Shown here piece by piece: positions 1 to 11,000 of a stretch of 64,000 bases of DNA. The stretch spans positions 27,612 through 91,611 of the forward strand of contig JAHDGK010000007.1 in NCBI GenBank assembly GCA_020627685.1, read 5' to 3'. Made by a program: the position numbers and the translations under genes. The notes under the pieces were generated by a model, which ran no database searches, was not told where the DNA came from, and was given only the letters and a program-made list of their open reading frames with translations. The stretch's first letter is position 1, and every line of letters starts with the position of its first letter. Source of the DNA: Granulosicoccus sp. GTDB lineage: Bacteria; Pseudomonadota; Gammaproteobacteria; Granulosicoccales; Granulosicoccaceae.

Positions 1-906
1 CCAGTCATCCATAGAGGGGGGGCTCTGCAGAGCAGGGCCGCTTCCGTCCAATACAAAATGTGCATGCCTGGTGGCAGCGCAGTTTGGAATCATCGCAACA
101 GGTTTTGAAGCCGCATGCGTCGGATGATCAAGAATTTTTACATCGACCACCGTGGTAAGCCCACCTAAACCCTGTGCACCGATGCCCAGAGCATTGACGG
201 CTTCGAATATTTCGAGCCGAAGCTCCTCGATGCGATTCTTTGGGCCGCGGTCCTTTAGTTGTTGTATATCAACAGGGGCCATCAAAGATTGCTTTGCAAG
301 CACAGCCGCTTTTTCTGCGGTTCCGCCTATGCCGAGTCCTAACATGCCGGGTGGGCACCAGCCCGCTCCCATAGTGGGTACGGTTTTAACGACCCAGTCA
401 ACGATGCTGTCGCTTGGGTTCAGCATGACCAGTTTGGATTTGTTTTCAGATCCTCCGCCTTTGGCTGCTATTTCGAACTCGACTTTGTCACCAGCCACGA
501 CCTCTGTATGGATAACAGCCGGCGTGTTATCGCCGGTATTTTTTCTGGCGCCGGCAGGGTCTGCGAGTATTGAGGCTCTTAATGTGTTGTCCGGATGAGT
601 GTATGCACGGCGAACGCCTTCGTTGATCATACTGGCCAGGTCAAGTTTGGCATCCCATTGGACGTCCATACCCACTTTGACAAATACGGTGACAATTCCG
701 GTGTCCTGGCATAACGGGCGTTTGCCTTCCGCGCACATGCGCGAATTGACCAGTATTTGCGCCATGGCATCTTTGGCGGCGGTGGATTCTTCGCGCTTCC
801 ATGCCTCATGCACCGCGTCAATATAGTCCTTAGGGTGGTAGTAGGACATGAACTGAAGGGCATCGCAAACGCTGTCGATCAGGTCGTCTTGGCGAATTAC
901 ACTCAT
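1..906 (-). CDS. Class I (Fe-S) fumarate hydratase, 5' part; runs off the left edge of the window
   Basis: Not in the ORF track because there is no stop in the window. Manual translation from ATG at 906 gives MSVIRQDDLIDSVCDALQFMSYYHP...RPLCQDTG...AAKGGGSENKS...GAGWCPPG, open to base 1. These are class I fumarase motifs. Confidence 0.9.
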   Translation of the reverse strand, partial: MSVIRQDDLIDSVCDALQFMSYYHPKDYIDAVHEAWKREESTAAKDAMAQILVNSRMCAEGKRPLCQDTGIVTVFVKVGMDVQWDAKLDLASMINEGVRRAYTHPDNTLRASILADPAGARKNTGDNTPAVIHTEVVAGDKVEFEIAAKGGGSENKSKLVMLNPSDSIVDWVVKTVPTMGAGWCPPGMLGLGIGGTAEKAAVLAKQSLMAPVDIQQLKDRGPKNRIEELRLEIFEAVNALGIGAQGLGGLTTVVDVKILDHPTHAASKPVAMIPNCAATRHAHFVLDGSGPALQSPPSMDDW

Positions 907-1017
907 TTATGTGGCTCACTGGTGATGTGAAAAGGAGATAAAAAAGTCACGAAATTCAAAACAATTATACGAGAGGCTTGACGGGTAGCAATCTATAAGG
1001 GCACTATTTACACCAAG

Positions 1018-1071
1018 ATGATCATATCCAACCTCAACATGCTCTTCATGGAACTGCGCTGGCGAAGCTGA
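1018..1071 (+). promoter_or_regulatory. Putative trp leader peptide (MIISNLNMLFMELRWRS) of a trpE attenuator
   Basis: Short ORF with an Arg-Trp-Arg end, 79 nt upstream of trpE, followed by a hairpin (about 1093-1116) and a T-rich stretch. Confidence 0.45.
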
Positions 1072-1150
1072 TCGACCGCATTTAACCGCCGCACTGGGGT
1101 TTCACCTAACCCTGGTTCAAGTTTCTAATTTTGTTGTGAGTTGACCTCCT

Positions 1151-2665
1151 ATGACCCCCGAAGATTTTGACCGCTATCGCGCGGAAGGGTACACACGTAT
1201 TCCATTGAGCTGCGAGCTCATAGCAGACCTTGAAAATCCCCTGTCCACCTTCAGGAAGGTGGCAGATCTGCCTTACACATTCCTATTTGAATCGGTGCAA
1301 GGCGGCGAAAAATGGGGACGCTACTCCATCATCGGATTGCCCGCCAAGACGATCTTGAGAGTGAGGGGTAAAAGCGTCTCGATTGAGCAGGACGGTGTGG
1401 AAGGTCCGGCTGAGCCAATTGAAGATCCATTGAGCTGGATAGAAGATTACCAGTCCCAATTTAATATTCCACAGGTCGAAGGCTTGCCGATTATCACCGG
1501 CGGTCTTGTCGGTTACTTTGGTTACGATACCGTTCGATTTGTTGAGCCGCGGTTGGGCGATAACCCGCATCCTGACCCCATCGATAATCCTGACATCCTG
1601 CTGATGGTGACAGATGAGCTGGTTGTTTTCGATAACCTCAGCGGCAAGCTGACTATCATCGTTCTAGTCGATCCCGCGCAGGCTGATGCCCGCTTAAAGG
1701 GCTTACGTCGAGTTGCTCAGTTGCACGACAAAATACGTGGCAGCTTACCGGCTACAAACAACGCTCACCAGGCGACTGCCGTCACTGAATCTGACTTTAA
1801 GAGTGGATTTACTGAAAAGGGCTACAAAGCCGCTGTTCGGAAAATCATCGACTACATCACTCAGGGCGAGTGCATGCAGGTGGTGCTTTCGCAACGATTG
1901 TCCATTCCATTTGCCGCACCCGCTTTAGATTTGTATCGTTCATTAAGAACGCTTAATCCGTCGCCGTATATGTTCTATCTGAATCTGGGAGATCACCAAG
2001 TGGTGGGTGCATCCCCTGAAATTCTGGTGCGCCTTGAGGATTCGGAAGTGACGGTCCGACCGCTGGCTGGAACACGTCCAAGAGGCGCTGATGAAGCCGA
2101 AGACTTGGCGCACGAAGCGTCTTTATTAAAAGACCCCAAAGAGTTGGCAGAGCACCTTATGCTGATAGATCTGGGGCGAAATGATATCGGACGAATCGCT
2201 GAAACCGGCTCGGTCAAAGTGACTGATAAATTCAGCATTGAACGCTACTCGCACGTCATGCATATCGTTTCGAATGTGGTTGGCAAGTTAAAACAAGGAA
2301 TGTCGCCAATGGATGTGCTGAGGGCAACGTTTCCAGCGGGCACATTGTCAGGCGCACCCAAAGTCCGCGCTATGGAAATTTTACAGGAGCTCGAACCTGT
2401 GAAGCGGGGTGTTTACTCGGGAGCCGTCGGTTATCTATCCTGGAACGGGAACATGGATACCGCAATAGCCATACGAACTGCTGTCATTAAAGACGGTACG
2501 CTGAATGTTCAGGCGGGCGCGGGTATTGTTTACGACTCTGATCCAGAAAGCGAATGGCAGGAAACACATGCCAAAGCGCGCGCTATTTTTCGCGCAGTCG
2601 CCATGGCAGAAGCAGGCCTTGATGCAAGACCATCGATGTTCGATGAATTAGAGGGGGAATCATAA
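1151..2665 (+). CDS. trpE: Anthranilate synthase component I
   Basis: [34 protein letters not shown] and [11 protein letters not shown] motifs; first gene of the trp operon. Confidence 0.97.
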   Translation: MTPEDFDRYRAEGYTRIPLSCELIADLENPLSTFRKVADLPYTFLFESVQGGEKWGRYSIIGLPAKTILRVRGKSVSIEQDGVEGPAEPIEDPLSWIEDYQSQFNIPQVEGLPIITGGLVGYFGYDTVRFVEPRLGDNPHPDPIDNPDILLMVTDELVVFDNLSGKLTIIVLVDPAQADARLKGLRRVAQLHDKIRGSLPATNNAHQATAVTESDFKSGFTEKGYKAAVRKIIDYITQGECMQVVLSQRLSIPFAAPALDLYRSLRTLNPSPYMFYLNLGDHQVVGASPEILVRLEDSEVTVRPLAGTRPRGADEAEDLAHEASLLKDPKELAEHLMLIDLGRNDIGRIAETGSVKVTDKFSIERYSHVMHIVSNVVGKLKQGMSPMDVLRATFPAGTLSGAPKVRAMEILQELEPVKRGVYSGAVGYLSWNGNMDTAIAIRTAVIKDGTLNVQAGAGIVYDSDPESEWQETHAKARAIFRAVAMAEAGLDARPSMFDELEGES

Positions 2666-3258
2666 TGTTGATTGTTATCGATAATTATGACTCGTTCACA
2701 TGGAACCTCGTACAGTACTCGGCGGAGCTGGGTTGCGACGTATCTGTTTATCGGAACGACAAAATAAGTTGTGATGAGCTTGCGGCGTTAAACCCGCAAT
2801 GCATCATGCTATCACCCGGTCCGGGTCGCCCTGAATCTGCTGGTGCCACTCTGGATATTCTGGAACGATTTAAGGGTGTTGTACCTATAATCGGTGTTTG
2901 TTTAGGTCATCAAAGTATCGGTCATCACTATGGCGGAAGTATCGTGTTGGCTACAGAAATTATGCACGGTAAGTTGTCAGACGTTTATCACAACAACACC
3001 GGTGTGTTTGAAGGGCTGCCAAACCCTTTCACTGCAACGCGTTATCATTCGCTCGTTATTGACCAGGCTAGCTTGCCAGACGAACTTGAGGTGACAGCAT
3101 GGACTCAGGATGCAAATGGATCACAAGAAGAGATCATGGGTGTGAAGCACAAGAATCTCTTGTTAGAAGGCGTGCAGTTTCATCCTGAATCGGTCAGCAG
3201 TGAACATGGGCACGCGATGTTAGCCAATTTTTTTAAACGCGCTGGGCTCTTGAGCTAG
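2665..3258 (+). CDS. trpG: Anthranilate synthase component II (glutamine amidotransferase)
   Basis: [20 protein letters not shown] and QFHPES motifs; 1-bp overlap with trpE. Confidence 0.96.
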   Translation: MLIVIDNYDSFTWNLVQYSAELGCDVSVYRNDKISCDELAALNPQCIMLSPGPGRPESAGATLDILERFKGVVPIIGVCLGHQSIGHHYGGSIVLATEIMHGKLSDVYHNNTGVFEGLPNPFTATRYHSLVIDQASLPDELEVTAWTQDANGSQEEIMGVKHKNLLLEGVQFHPESVSSEHGHAMLANFFKRAGLLS

Positions 3259-3267
3259 GAGACAATC

Positions 3268-4293
3268 ATGAAAATTCAAGAGGCTTTAGGACAACTGCTC
3301 GCCCGGCAGGATCTGCAAGCTGATGACATGGAAGATGTCATGCGCCAGATTATGACCGGTGAAGCAACACCTTCTCAAATTGGTGGTTTCCTGGTTGCAC
3401 TTCGAATGAAGGGTGAGACTGTTGACGAAGTTGCGGCCGCCGCGGCCGTCATGCGCAGTCTGTCTGATGGTGTTGCCTTAAGCTTTGACAACGCTATCGA
3501 TATCGTAGGTACAGGTGGAGACTCTACTAGTACCTTTAACGTTTCCACTTGCAGTTCTGTGGTTGCAGCTGCAGCTGGGGCTAAAGTCGCTAAGCACGGT
3601 AATCGCTCTGTCTCCAGTAAATCAGGTGCTGCCGACCTGCTCGAGGAGGCTGGAGTCAATATTGACTTAACACCTGAGCAAGTGGCTGAGTGTGTCAGCA
3701 CAGTGGGTCTCGGATTCATGTTCGCACCCCGTCATCACAGCGCAATGAAACATGCTATCGGACCGCGCAGAGAGATGGCCGTACGCACCGTATTTAATTT
3801 ACTTGGCCCATTAACCAACCCAGCGGGTGCCCGCAGTCAACTGTTGGGCGTGTATGCGAAAGAGTGGGTTAGACCTATCGCCGAAGTATTAAAAAAACTG
3901 GGTAGTGACCATGTCATTGTGGTTCATGGCCATGATGGTATGGACGAAATCAGTATCAGTGGCCCAACTCAGGTCGCCCATTTACGCAATGGTGAAATCA
4001 CTGAATATGTCATCGAACCGTCACAGTTTGGATTGAAAAATTCCGACCTCAGCGAGATTAAAGTTGACGGTGCGGCGCAAAGTCTTGCCAAGATCCAGTC
4101 TGTTCTGGCAAATGAAGCTTCAGCAGCACGAGATATCGTGGTTCTGAATTCTGGTGCTGCTTTGTGCGTAGCAGGTGTGGCAGAGAGCATCGAAGACGGC
4201 GTCGCGTTGGCCGATGCCGCAATCAGTAGTGGAGCTGCTCAAACTAAGCTCGCGGAGTTGGTGCAGGTTTCTCAAGGATTTAAAGCAGAGTAA
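3268..4293 (+). CDS. trpD: Anthranilate phosphoribosyltransferase
   Basis: [38 protein letters not shown] and HGHDGMDE motifs. Confidence 0.97.
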   Translation: MKIQEALGQLLARQDLQADDMEDVMRQIMTGEATPSQIGGFLVALRMKGETVDEVAAAAAVMRSLSDGVALSFDNAIDIVGTGGDSTSTFNVSTCSSVVAAAAGAKVAKHGNRSVSSKSGAADLLEEAGVNIDLTPEQVAECVSTVGLGFMFAPRHHSAMKHAIGPRREMAVRTVFNLLGPLTNPAGARSQLLGVYAKEWVRPIAEVLKKLGSDHVIVVHGHDGMDEISISGPTQVAHLRNGEITEYVIEPSQFGLKNSDLSEIKVDGAAQSLAKIQSVLANEASAARDIVVLNSGAALCVAGVAESIEDGVALADAAISSGAAQTKLAELVQVSQGFKAE

Positions 4294-4297
4294 AACA

Positions 4298-5098
4298 ATG
4301 GCCACTGATGTCCCGGATATTCTCAAGCGCATCATAGCGCGCAAGCACGAAGAGATTCGTGAAAGAAGCGCGTCTGTATCTATCGATGTTTTACTTGATC
4401 AGGCTGCATCAGCGGATAGTCCAAGAGGTTTTACCGAATCTATCAATCGCAAATTGGCTGCAGGTGATGCGGCTGTCATTGCTGAAGTTAAAAAAGCATC
4501 GCCCAGTAAAGGGGTGCTTCGGGATCCCTTTGACCCTGCAGATATAGCCAAAAGTTATGAGGCCGGAGGGGCCGCCTGTTTATCGGTGCTGACCGATAAA
4601 GATTTCTTTCAAGGCAGTGAAGCTGCTCTTCAAGCGGCGCGAGCTGCCTGTAACTTACCGGTTATTCGAAAAGACTTCATCGTCGACCCGTATCAGGTAG
4701 CAGAGGCGCGAGCCATTGGTGCTGACTGTATCCTGCTAATTGCTGCTGCCCTGGATGATCAACAGATGCACGGTCTTTATCAACAAGCTGTAGAGCTTGG
4801 TATGGATGTGTTGGTCGAGGTGCATGATGCAACTGAATTGCAAAGAAGTCTTGCAATGAATCCGATGTTGTTGGGAATTAACAACCGCGATTTACGAACG
4901 TTTGATGTCACCCTGGACACAACAATAGATTTGTTGGATCAAATACCTTCCAGTACACGGGTAGTGACAGAGAGCGGCATACTCAATACGCAGGATGTTC
5001 AGCGTATGCGTCAAGCTGACGTGCATGCTTTTCTGGTCGGTGAGGCTTTTATGCGGGCTGATGATCCCGGTACAGCCTTGAAAGAGATGTTCTCTTAG
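4298..5098 (+). CDS. trpC: Indole-3-glycerol phosphate synthase
   Basis: [29 protein letters not shown] and ESGI motifs. Start moved to the ATG at 4298, just after the trpD stop. Confidence 0.96.
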   Translation: MATDVPDILKRIIARKHEEIRERSASVSIDVLLDQAASADSPRGFTESINRKLAAGDAAVIAEVKKASPSKGVLRDPFDPADIAKSYEAGGAACLSVLTDKDFFQGSEAALQAARAACNLPVIRKDFIVDPYQVAEARAIGADCILLIAAALDDQQMHGLYQQAVELGMDVLVEVHDATELQRSLAMNPMLLGINNRDLRTFDVTLDTTIDLLDQIPSSTRVVTESGILNTQDVQRMRQADVHAFLVGEAFMRADDPGTALKEMFS

Positions 5099-5111
5099 TA
5101 ACGAATTAGGT

Positions 5112-5137
5112 GCGGATCACCCAAGTGGGTGATCTGC
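5112..5137. terminator. Hairpin between convergent trpC and crp
   Basis: GCGGATCACCC-AAGT-GGGTGATCTGC, 11-bp stem with one G-U pair. Confidence 0.6.
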
Positions 5138-5176
5138 CGCACGCCTTCGTATCGTTCTAAAACAGTACTCGCCGGT

Positions 5177-5815
5177 TTAGCGAGTACCGTAAATGACCAT
5201 CGTCTTGCCGCGGGCATGTATTAAGCCACGGTCTTCCAGTTCTTTGAGCACGCGTCCAACCATTTCTCTCGAACAGCCAACGATGCGAGCAATTTCCTGA
5301 CGGGTGATGCGAATTTGCATTCCATCGGGGTGTGTAATCGCGTCTGGCATCTTTGCAAGATCAAGTAGTGTTGACGCTACGCGACCGGTAACATCCAAGA
5401 ACGCTAAGTCGCGTACTTTGATACTGGTCTTACGCAACCTTGAAGCCATTTGAGTGGTCAGAGCGTAGAGCAGATCTGGCTGATCAGCGGCCAGACGTCG
5501 AAATTGATCGTAGTTCATCTCAGCAAGTTCACACTTAGTGCGGGCAACAACCCAAGCACTACGCTGAGAGTTTTCATCGAATAAGCCCATTTCGCCGAAG
5601 AAGTCGCCTGCACTTAAGTAGGCTAGAACGATTTCTCGTCCGTCATCATCTTCAATGACTACACTGACAGAACCGTCAAGAATGTAGTACAACGTTTCAG
5701 GCACATCACCGTGATGAATGATGGTCGTTTTTGCCGGGTACTGTCTTCGGTGACTGCTTCTTAAAAACAGATCCAACCATTCAACAGGTGGCGGTACGAT
5801 ACGAGGCGCCAGCAT
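5177..5815 (-). CDS. crp: cAMP receptor protein, Crp/Vfr/Clp type
   Basis: cNMP-binding [10 protein letters not shown]...[16 protein letters not shown] and [25 protein letters not shown]. Likely start is the ATG at 5815. Confidence 0.93.
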   Translation of the reverse strand: MLAPRIVPPPVEWLDLFLRSSHRRQYPAKTTIIHHGDVPETLYYILDGSVSVVIEDDDGREIVLAYLSAGDFFGEMGLFDENSQRSAWVVARTKCELAEMNYDQFRRLAADQPDLLYALTTQMASRLRKTSIKVRDLAFLDVTGRVASTLLDLAKMPDAITHPDGMQIRITRQEIARIVGCSREMVGRVLKELEDRGLIHARGKTMVIYGTR

Positions 5816-5982
5816 TATATGTTTCTCCGTACTCAAAGTTTGCGCAAGAACCGGATAGGTCTGGGTAGGCCTTCCAGTCTGTTTTTGTCTAACGTCAAAC
5901 ATTGATCGGCGGAACTTTTAAATTCTTCAATGGAAGAGGCGCCATTTCGCATGTCCAAAATTGAACACAGAGGAAAGTAACG

Positions 5983-6399
5983 TTGCACGCGCGAGTTAAA
6001 TGGCTTGATCATATGAGCTTCGTTGGTGAGTCCGGTAGTGGTCACTCAGTCGTACTTGATGGGTCACCGGAACACGGTGGGCGAAATTTAGGCGTTAGGC
6101 CAATGGAAATGGTCCTATTAGGACTCGGTGGCTGCACCGCCTTTGATGTCGTGCTGATGTTGCAAAAGTCCCGCCAGAACGTGATTGATGTGGAGGTAAG
6201 CCTTGATGCAGTGCGGGCTGCGGAGATTCCTCAAGTGTTTACTGAGATAAAAGCGCACTTCAAAATCTGGGGCAAAGAGCTCAGTGCCAAGCACGTGGAG
6301 AGGGCAGTTAACCTCTCGGCAGATAAGTATTGTTCCGCGACAAAAATGCTCGAAAAGAGCGCGGAGATTACCTATAGCTGGGAAATAATCGAGAGCTGA
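5983..6399 (+). CDS. OsmC/YhfA family protein
   Basis: RPMEMVLLGLGGCT...DV and KYCS motifs; conserved position divergent from crp. Confidence 0.88.
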   Translation: MHARVKWLDHMSFVGESGSGHSVVLDGSPEHGGRNLGVRPMEMVLLGLGGCTAFDVVLMLQKSRQNVIDVEVSLDAVRAAEIPQVFTEIKAHFKIWGKELSAKHVERAVNLSADKYCSATKMLEKSAEITYSWEIIES

Positions 6400-6724
6400 C
6401 GTGGTTTTTCAACCGTTTTTGAGCAGCTTGATACGGCGGAATTCTCGTTGAAAGTTTGACGCCTAACGGTTACCGCATGCGGTATTGGAAGAAAGGCAAA
6501 AGGTTGACGACCTGACTAGCCAATATGTTAGCCGGAATGTCGTGAAAGGTTAAAAGGTGAGTCAGTTCCCAAAAACGTCTTGGTCGGGTTAAACCGAGTT
6601 GACTCGTTTAAATAGGAAATAGCCATGCAGTTAGTGTCAGTTATTTGCCGAAAAGCAGGTGCTGACGGTCTTTAGCAAGACTTTGAGGCATTTTTTTTAA
6701 TTAAATTTGATTTCTGAGGAGAAG

Positions 6725-6740
6725 TGGCCTGCCGATTGCA
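6725..6740 (+). promoter_or_regulatory. Sigma54 (-24/-12) promoter candidate
   Basis: TGGCCTGCCGATTGCA has GG-N10-GC spacing matching TGGCACG-N4-TTGCW, and is preceded by an AT-rich tract (about 6691-6713). Confidence 0.55.
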
Positions 6741-6750
6741 ACATCTCTGG

Positions 6751-6829
6751 CACGCAAGTGTAGTTTTCTCCTCCATCATCCCAAAGGATGTTTAATCAGC
6801 GCAATCTTCGGATCGCGCTGTTTTTTTTT
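6751..6829 (+). ncRNA. Candidate ~80-nt small RNA with anti-SD motif
   Basis: Lies between the sigma54 box and an intrinsic terminator. Predicted GCAA-tetraloop hairpin, single-stranded UUUUCUCCUCC, CAUCC/GGAUG hairpin and a cUUCGg-capped terminator; no ORF. Confidence 0.5.
6797..6829 (+). terminator. Rho-independent terminator with no coding gene immediately upstream
   Basis: CAGCGC-A-ATC-TTCG-GAT-C-GCGCTG followed by T9. Confidence 0.8.
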
Positions 6830-6943
6830 GTAAACTACTGATTTAAATAGTAGTTCAATCTTCAGACGTCTTGAGTCAGAAGCTGGGGAGTGTGTCACAT
6901 TGGTCACAACACCCAATCAATCGATGAAATGTTTACCTGAGAG

Positions 6944-6972
6944 TTGAGCTTCGGCAAAACCTGCTTTACAAT
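6944..6972 (+). promoter_or_regulatory. Sigma70 promoter of rplM-rpsI
   Basis: TTGAGC-17 nt-TACAAT followed by a GC-rich discriminator (GGCGGGC). Confidence 0.7.
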
Positions 6973-7015
6973 GGCGGGCTTAGTTTCGAACATGCCCTAC
7001 CGAGATACCCCCATA

Positions 7016-7453
7016 GTGAACAAGACTACCCTTAGCGCAAAACCTGCAGAGGTTAAACGTGAATGGTTCGTTATCGATGCTGAAGGCAAGACGCTCGGTA
7101 ACGTAGCAACCGAATGCGCACTCCGTTTACGCGGAAAGCACAAGGCGACATACACGCCACACGTTGATACAGGCGACTACATGGTCGTTATCAATGCAGC
7201 CAAAGTTGTCGTTACCGGCAACAAGGCCAAGAACAAGATGTACCACCACCATACTGGTTACATCGGTAACCTTAAGTCAACCAATTTCGAGAAGCTGCAG
7301 CAGACTCACCCTGAGCGCATCATCGAGTTGGCTGTAAAAGGCATGCTCCCAAAGAATCCTCTGGGTCGTGCTATGTACAGCAAGCTTCGTGTGTTCGCTG
7401 ATGCAAACCATACGCATCAGGCTCAGCAGCCACAGCCTCTGGAGCTCAAATAA
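7016..7453 (+). CDS. rplM: 50S ribosomal protein L13
   Basis: [31 protein letters not shown] and [10 protein letters not shown] motifs. Likely GTG start at 7016, downstream of the promoter. Confidence 0.97.
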   Translation: MNKTTLSAKPAEVKREWFVIDAEGKTLGNVATECALRLRGKHKATYTPHVDTGDYMVVINAAKVVVTGNKAKNKMYHHHTGYIGNLKSTNFEKLQQTHPERIIELAVKGMLPKNPLGRAMYSKLRVFADANHTHQAQQPQPLELK

Positions 7454-7845
7454 TGGCAGCACAACAGTACTACGGGACTGGCCGACGTAAGTCGTCAACC
7501 GCTCGCGTATTCATGAATTCAGGTAGTGGCAAAATTATCGTTAACGATAAGCCTCTCGATGAGTACTTTGGTCGAAAGACAGCTCACATGATTGTTCGCC
7601 AGCCACTTGAGCGTACAGAGACGTTGTCAAACTTCGATTTCAAGATCACTGTTAAAGGCGGTGGTGGTAGCGGGCAAGCCGGTGCTATCCGTTTGGGTAT
7701 CTCTCGCGCTCTGTTAGCTTATGACGAATCCTTACGCTCACCGTTACGTGGCGCAGGTTTCCTAACCCGCGACGCTCGTGAAGTTGAACGTAAGAAAGTC
7801 GGCCTGCGTAAAGCACGTAAAGCCACTCAGTACTCTAAGCGTTAA
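7453..7845 (+). CDS. rpsI: 30S ribosomal protein S9
   Basis: [27 protein letters not shown] and [17 protein letters not shown] motifs. Confidence 0.98.
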   Translation: MAAQQYYGTGRRKSSTARVFMNSGSGKIIVNDKPLDEYFGRKTAHMIVRQPLERTETLSNFDFKITVKGGGGSGQAGAIRLGISRALLAYDESLRSPLRGAGFLTRDAREVERKKVGLRKARKATQYSKR

Positions 7846-7876
7846 TATTGCTTGCGCCTTTTGGCGTGTTAGCAGT

Positions 7877-7908
7877 AAAAAAGCCCCGCACAGTCGGGGC
7901 TTTTTTTT
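7877..7908 (+). terminator. Intrinsic terminator after rpsI
   Basis: AAAAAAGCCCCG-CACAGT-CGGGGCTTTTTTTT. Confidence 0.88.
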
Positions 7909-8021
7909 GTCCGGGGAATACGATCGACTGCTGGTAGCGTACAAACAGTGAACCTGCGTCCAAGGTTTTTCGTTGTAAATTATCCTTATACATTTGCGTC
8001 AATAAGTGTACTGTTTACGTC

Positions 8022-11000
8022 ATGAATGCACCGTTGGCTAGCGCCCCATTAGATCTCCCGCCAAAACAACTTCGGGAGATTCCCTACAACTACACCTCGT
8101 TCTCGGATCGTGAGATTACTCTGCGATATTTGGGCGAAGAAGGGTGGCGGCTGATTCAAAGTCTGCGCGACCAGCGTAGAACCGGGCAATCAGCGCGAAT
8201 GTTGTTTGAAGTGTTGGGCGATATCTGGGTTATTGATCGCAACCCCTTCATTCAGGAAGACATGTTGACCAACCGTCGTCGGCGCGATGCGCTGGTCGGT
8301 GCGCTTGGTCACCGCGTCAGTCAAATTGTCGACCGCCAGTCCGGTGATGAGCGAGTCGATACTCTGATAAAGCTCGCCAATTCAGCTATTCAGGATTTCC
8401 AGACACGCCTAACCGACATGCAGGCGTATCGAAAAACCGTTCGCCAGGCAATGCGAGGCGTCACGCACCCGGACAACATTCGATTCGATGGTCTTTCCCG
8501 TGTGTCTCACGTAACAGATGCAACGGACTGGAGGGTAGAACTGCCGTTCGTCGTTATCACGCCAGATACCGAGCGCGAGTTGCCGGCTATCGTAAAAAAG
8601 TGCATTGAGTTGTCATTGACTATTGTGCCAAGAGGAGGCGGTACCGGGTATACGGGCGGCGCTATTCCCTTGCATGCGCGAACAGCGGTTATCAATATCG
8701 AAAAGCTCGATGCCAGAGCGCCCATTGAGCACACGACACTTGCGGCTACTGATGAGTACCCTGAGCGACAGGTGCATACAATCAAGGTTGAATCTGGCGT
8801 CGTCACTCGGAGGGTGTCTGAAGATGCATCTGCAAAAGGATTAGCGTTTGCGGTGGATCCCACTTCTCAAGATGCCTCTACCATTGGCGGCAATATAGCC
8901 ATGAACGCCGGTGGCAAAAAAGCGGTCATTTGGGGAACAACCCTGGACAACTTATTGTCTTGGCGCATGGTAGATCCTAATGGCCACTGGCTAGATGTAG
9001 AAAGGATTGACCACAACTTAGGAAAAATTCACTTACAGGAGTCGGTGCGTTTCAAAGTGACTCGTAGCGATGCTGAGAGTGGCGCCTTAATAGGAGAGCC
9101 CTGGGTTATCGATGCAGCCGGCTCGAGTTTGCGCCAGCAAGGTCTTGGCAAAGACGTTACGGATAAATTTTTAGGTGGTTTACCCGGTGTGCAGAAGGAA
9201 GGCTGCGATGGGTTGATCACGTCGGCAGTATTCATCCTGCATCGCATGCCGGACAATATCCGAACGGTTTGTATGGAGTTCTACGGAAAGGATCTACGGC
9301 AGGCCGTGCTGGGTATCACGGAGGTTAAAGACTACATAGACAACACTGACGGTATTGAGCTGGCTGGCCTGGAACATCTCGATGATCGGTATATCAAGGC
9401 TGTTAAGTACAGTGCCAAGGCTGCAAGAGGCGAGCTACCCAAGATGTTGTTGCTGGCAGATATTGTTAGTGATGATGCAGACTTGGTTGGGCGTGTTGCA
9501 TCCGGCGTGGTTCGTCTGGTTAATAAGCGCGGAGCGGAAGGGTTTATTGCTGTCAGCGCTGAAGCTCGAAGTCAGTTTTGGGCTGCACGCTCCCGCACAG
9601 CTGCGATAGCCGCGCACACTAATGCGTTTAAGATCAATGAAGATGTTGTTATACCGCTTTCGCGATTGGCTGATTACAGTGAAGGCATCGAGCGAATAAA
9701 CATTGAGCATGCACTGAGTAACAAACTCATGATGCTTGAGCATGTACGCCAGTTGCTGCGAAGCGGGGAAGGAGAATCCCTGGCTGCGGTGGGGTTGGAT
9801 GACAGTGATGAAACGAAAACCATTGTCCGCGATAGTCTTGATGCAGCGCTTGAGGTGCTCGACGGAACTTACCAGCGCTGGAGTGAACTCTATGAGCAAT
9901 TGCAAGCCTCCGATGAGGCTTTTCTAGAAGCCTTAAGAGAATCGAGAGAGCCAGTTGAGGCTGACACTTGTGTGCTTGCTCTGCTAAGGCGAGATGATGT
10001 CATCTCGTATCGAGCGTCTGTTGAAAAACCCTTAAAAGAGCGCTTTTCCGGTAACCGATATGTTCGGCTTTGTAAGCGAATAGACGAGATCCATGCGAAA
10101 TGGCGCCCGCAGCGTTTGTTTACTGCACTTCATATGCATGCAGGCGACGGGAACATACATACCAACATTCCTGTTAACTCCAATGACTACACGATGCTGC
10201 AGCAAGCTGAAGGTATTGTTGAACGAGTTATGGAGTTAGCCACGTTGCTCGGTGGGGTAATTTCGGGTGAACACGGCATTGGTCTGACGAAAATAAAGTA
10301 CATGGACCAGTCAGTCATTAATGCCTTTGCTGACTATAAATCCGAAGTTGACCCTAATGGTCACTTCAATAAAGGCAAATTGATGCCAGGCTCAAGTCTT
10401 GAGAATGCTTACACGCCGTCGCTTAGATTAGTACAGCAAGAAGCGCTGATTCTTGAGCAAAGCGAACTAGGATCACTGAACGATAGCATTAAAGATTGCT
10501 TGCGCTGCGGCAAGTGCAAACCTGTGTGTGCGACTCACTCGCCGGGTGCAAATTTACTGTACTCCCCGCGCAACAAAGTGCTTGGCACAGGGCTGATTAT
10601 CGAAGCCTTCTTATATGAAGAGCAGACAAGACGAGGTCTCTCTATTCGTCATTTTGATGAGATGAACGATATTGCGGACCACTGTACGGTTTGCCACAAG
10701 TGTTTGACGCCGTGTCCGGTAGATATTGATTTTGGCGAAGTCTCTATCACCATGCGAAAAATCCTGGGCGATCGCGGTCAAAAGAATTTCAATCTGGGCA
10801 CGAAAATGTCCATGGCTTTTTTGAATGTAAAAGATCCTGCCACGATTAAAGTGATGCGAAAAGGCATGATCGAATGGGGATTCAAGGCTCAGAGAACCGC
10901 TAATGAAGTGGTAGGGCGGCTGCCTAAAGTAGTGAATGCCAAAAGTGAGCCTCGAAACACCAATGGCGGAACTCCTCCGATTGAGCAGGTCGTGCATTTT

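Noticed and set aside
152-863. ORF-track entries 152-598, 599-826 and 627-863
   Set aside because: Antisense or off-frame shadows of the fumarase gene, which reads open from 906 to base 1.
6748-6762. Second sigma54 box TGGCACGCAAGTGTA
   Set aside because: The -24 element is perfect, but there is no GC at the -12 position.
6893-6908. CRP-like site TGTCA-N6-TCACA upstream of rplM
   Set aside because: One mismatch, and its centre (about -78 from the predicted start) is not a standard activating position; not enough support.
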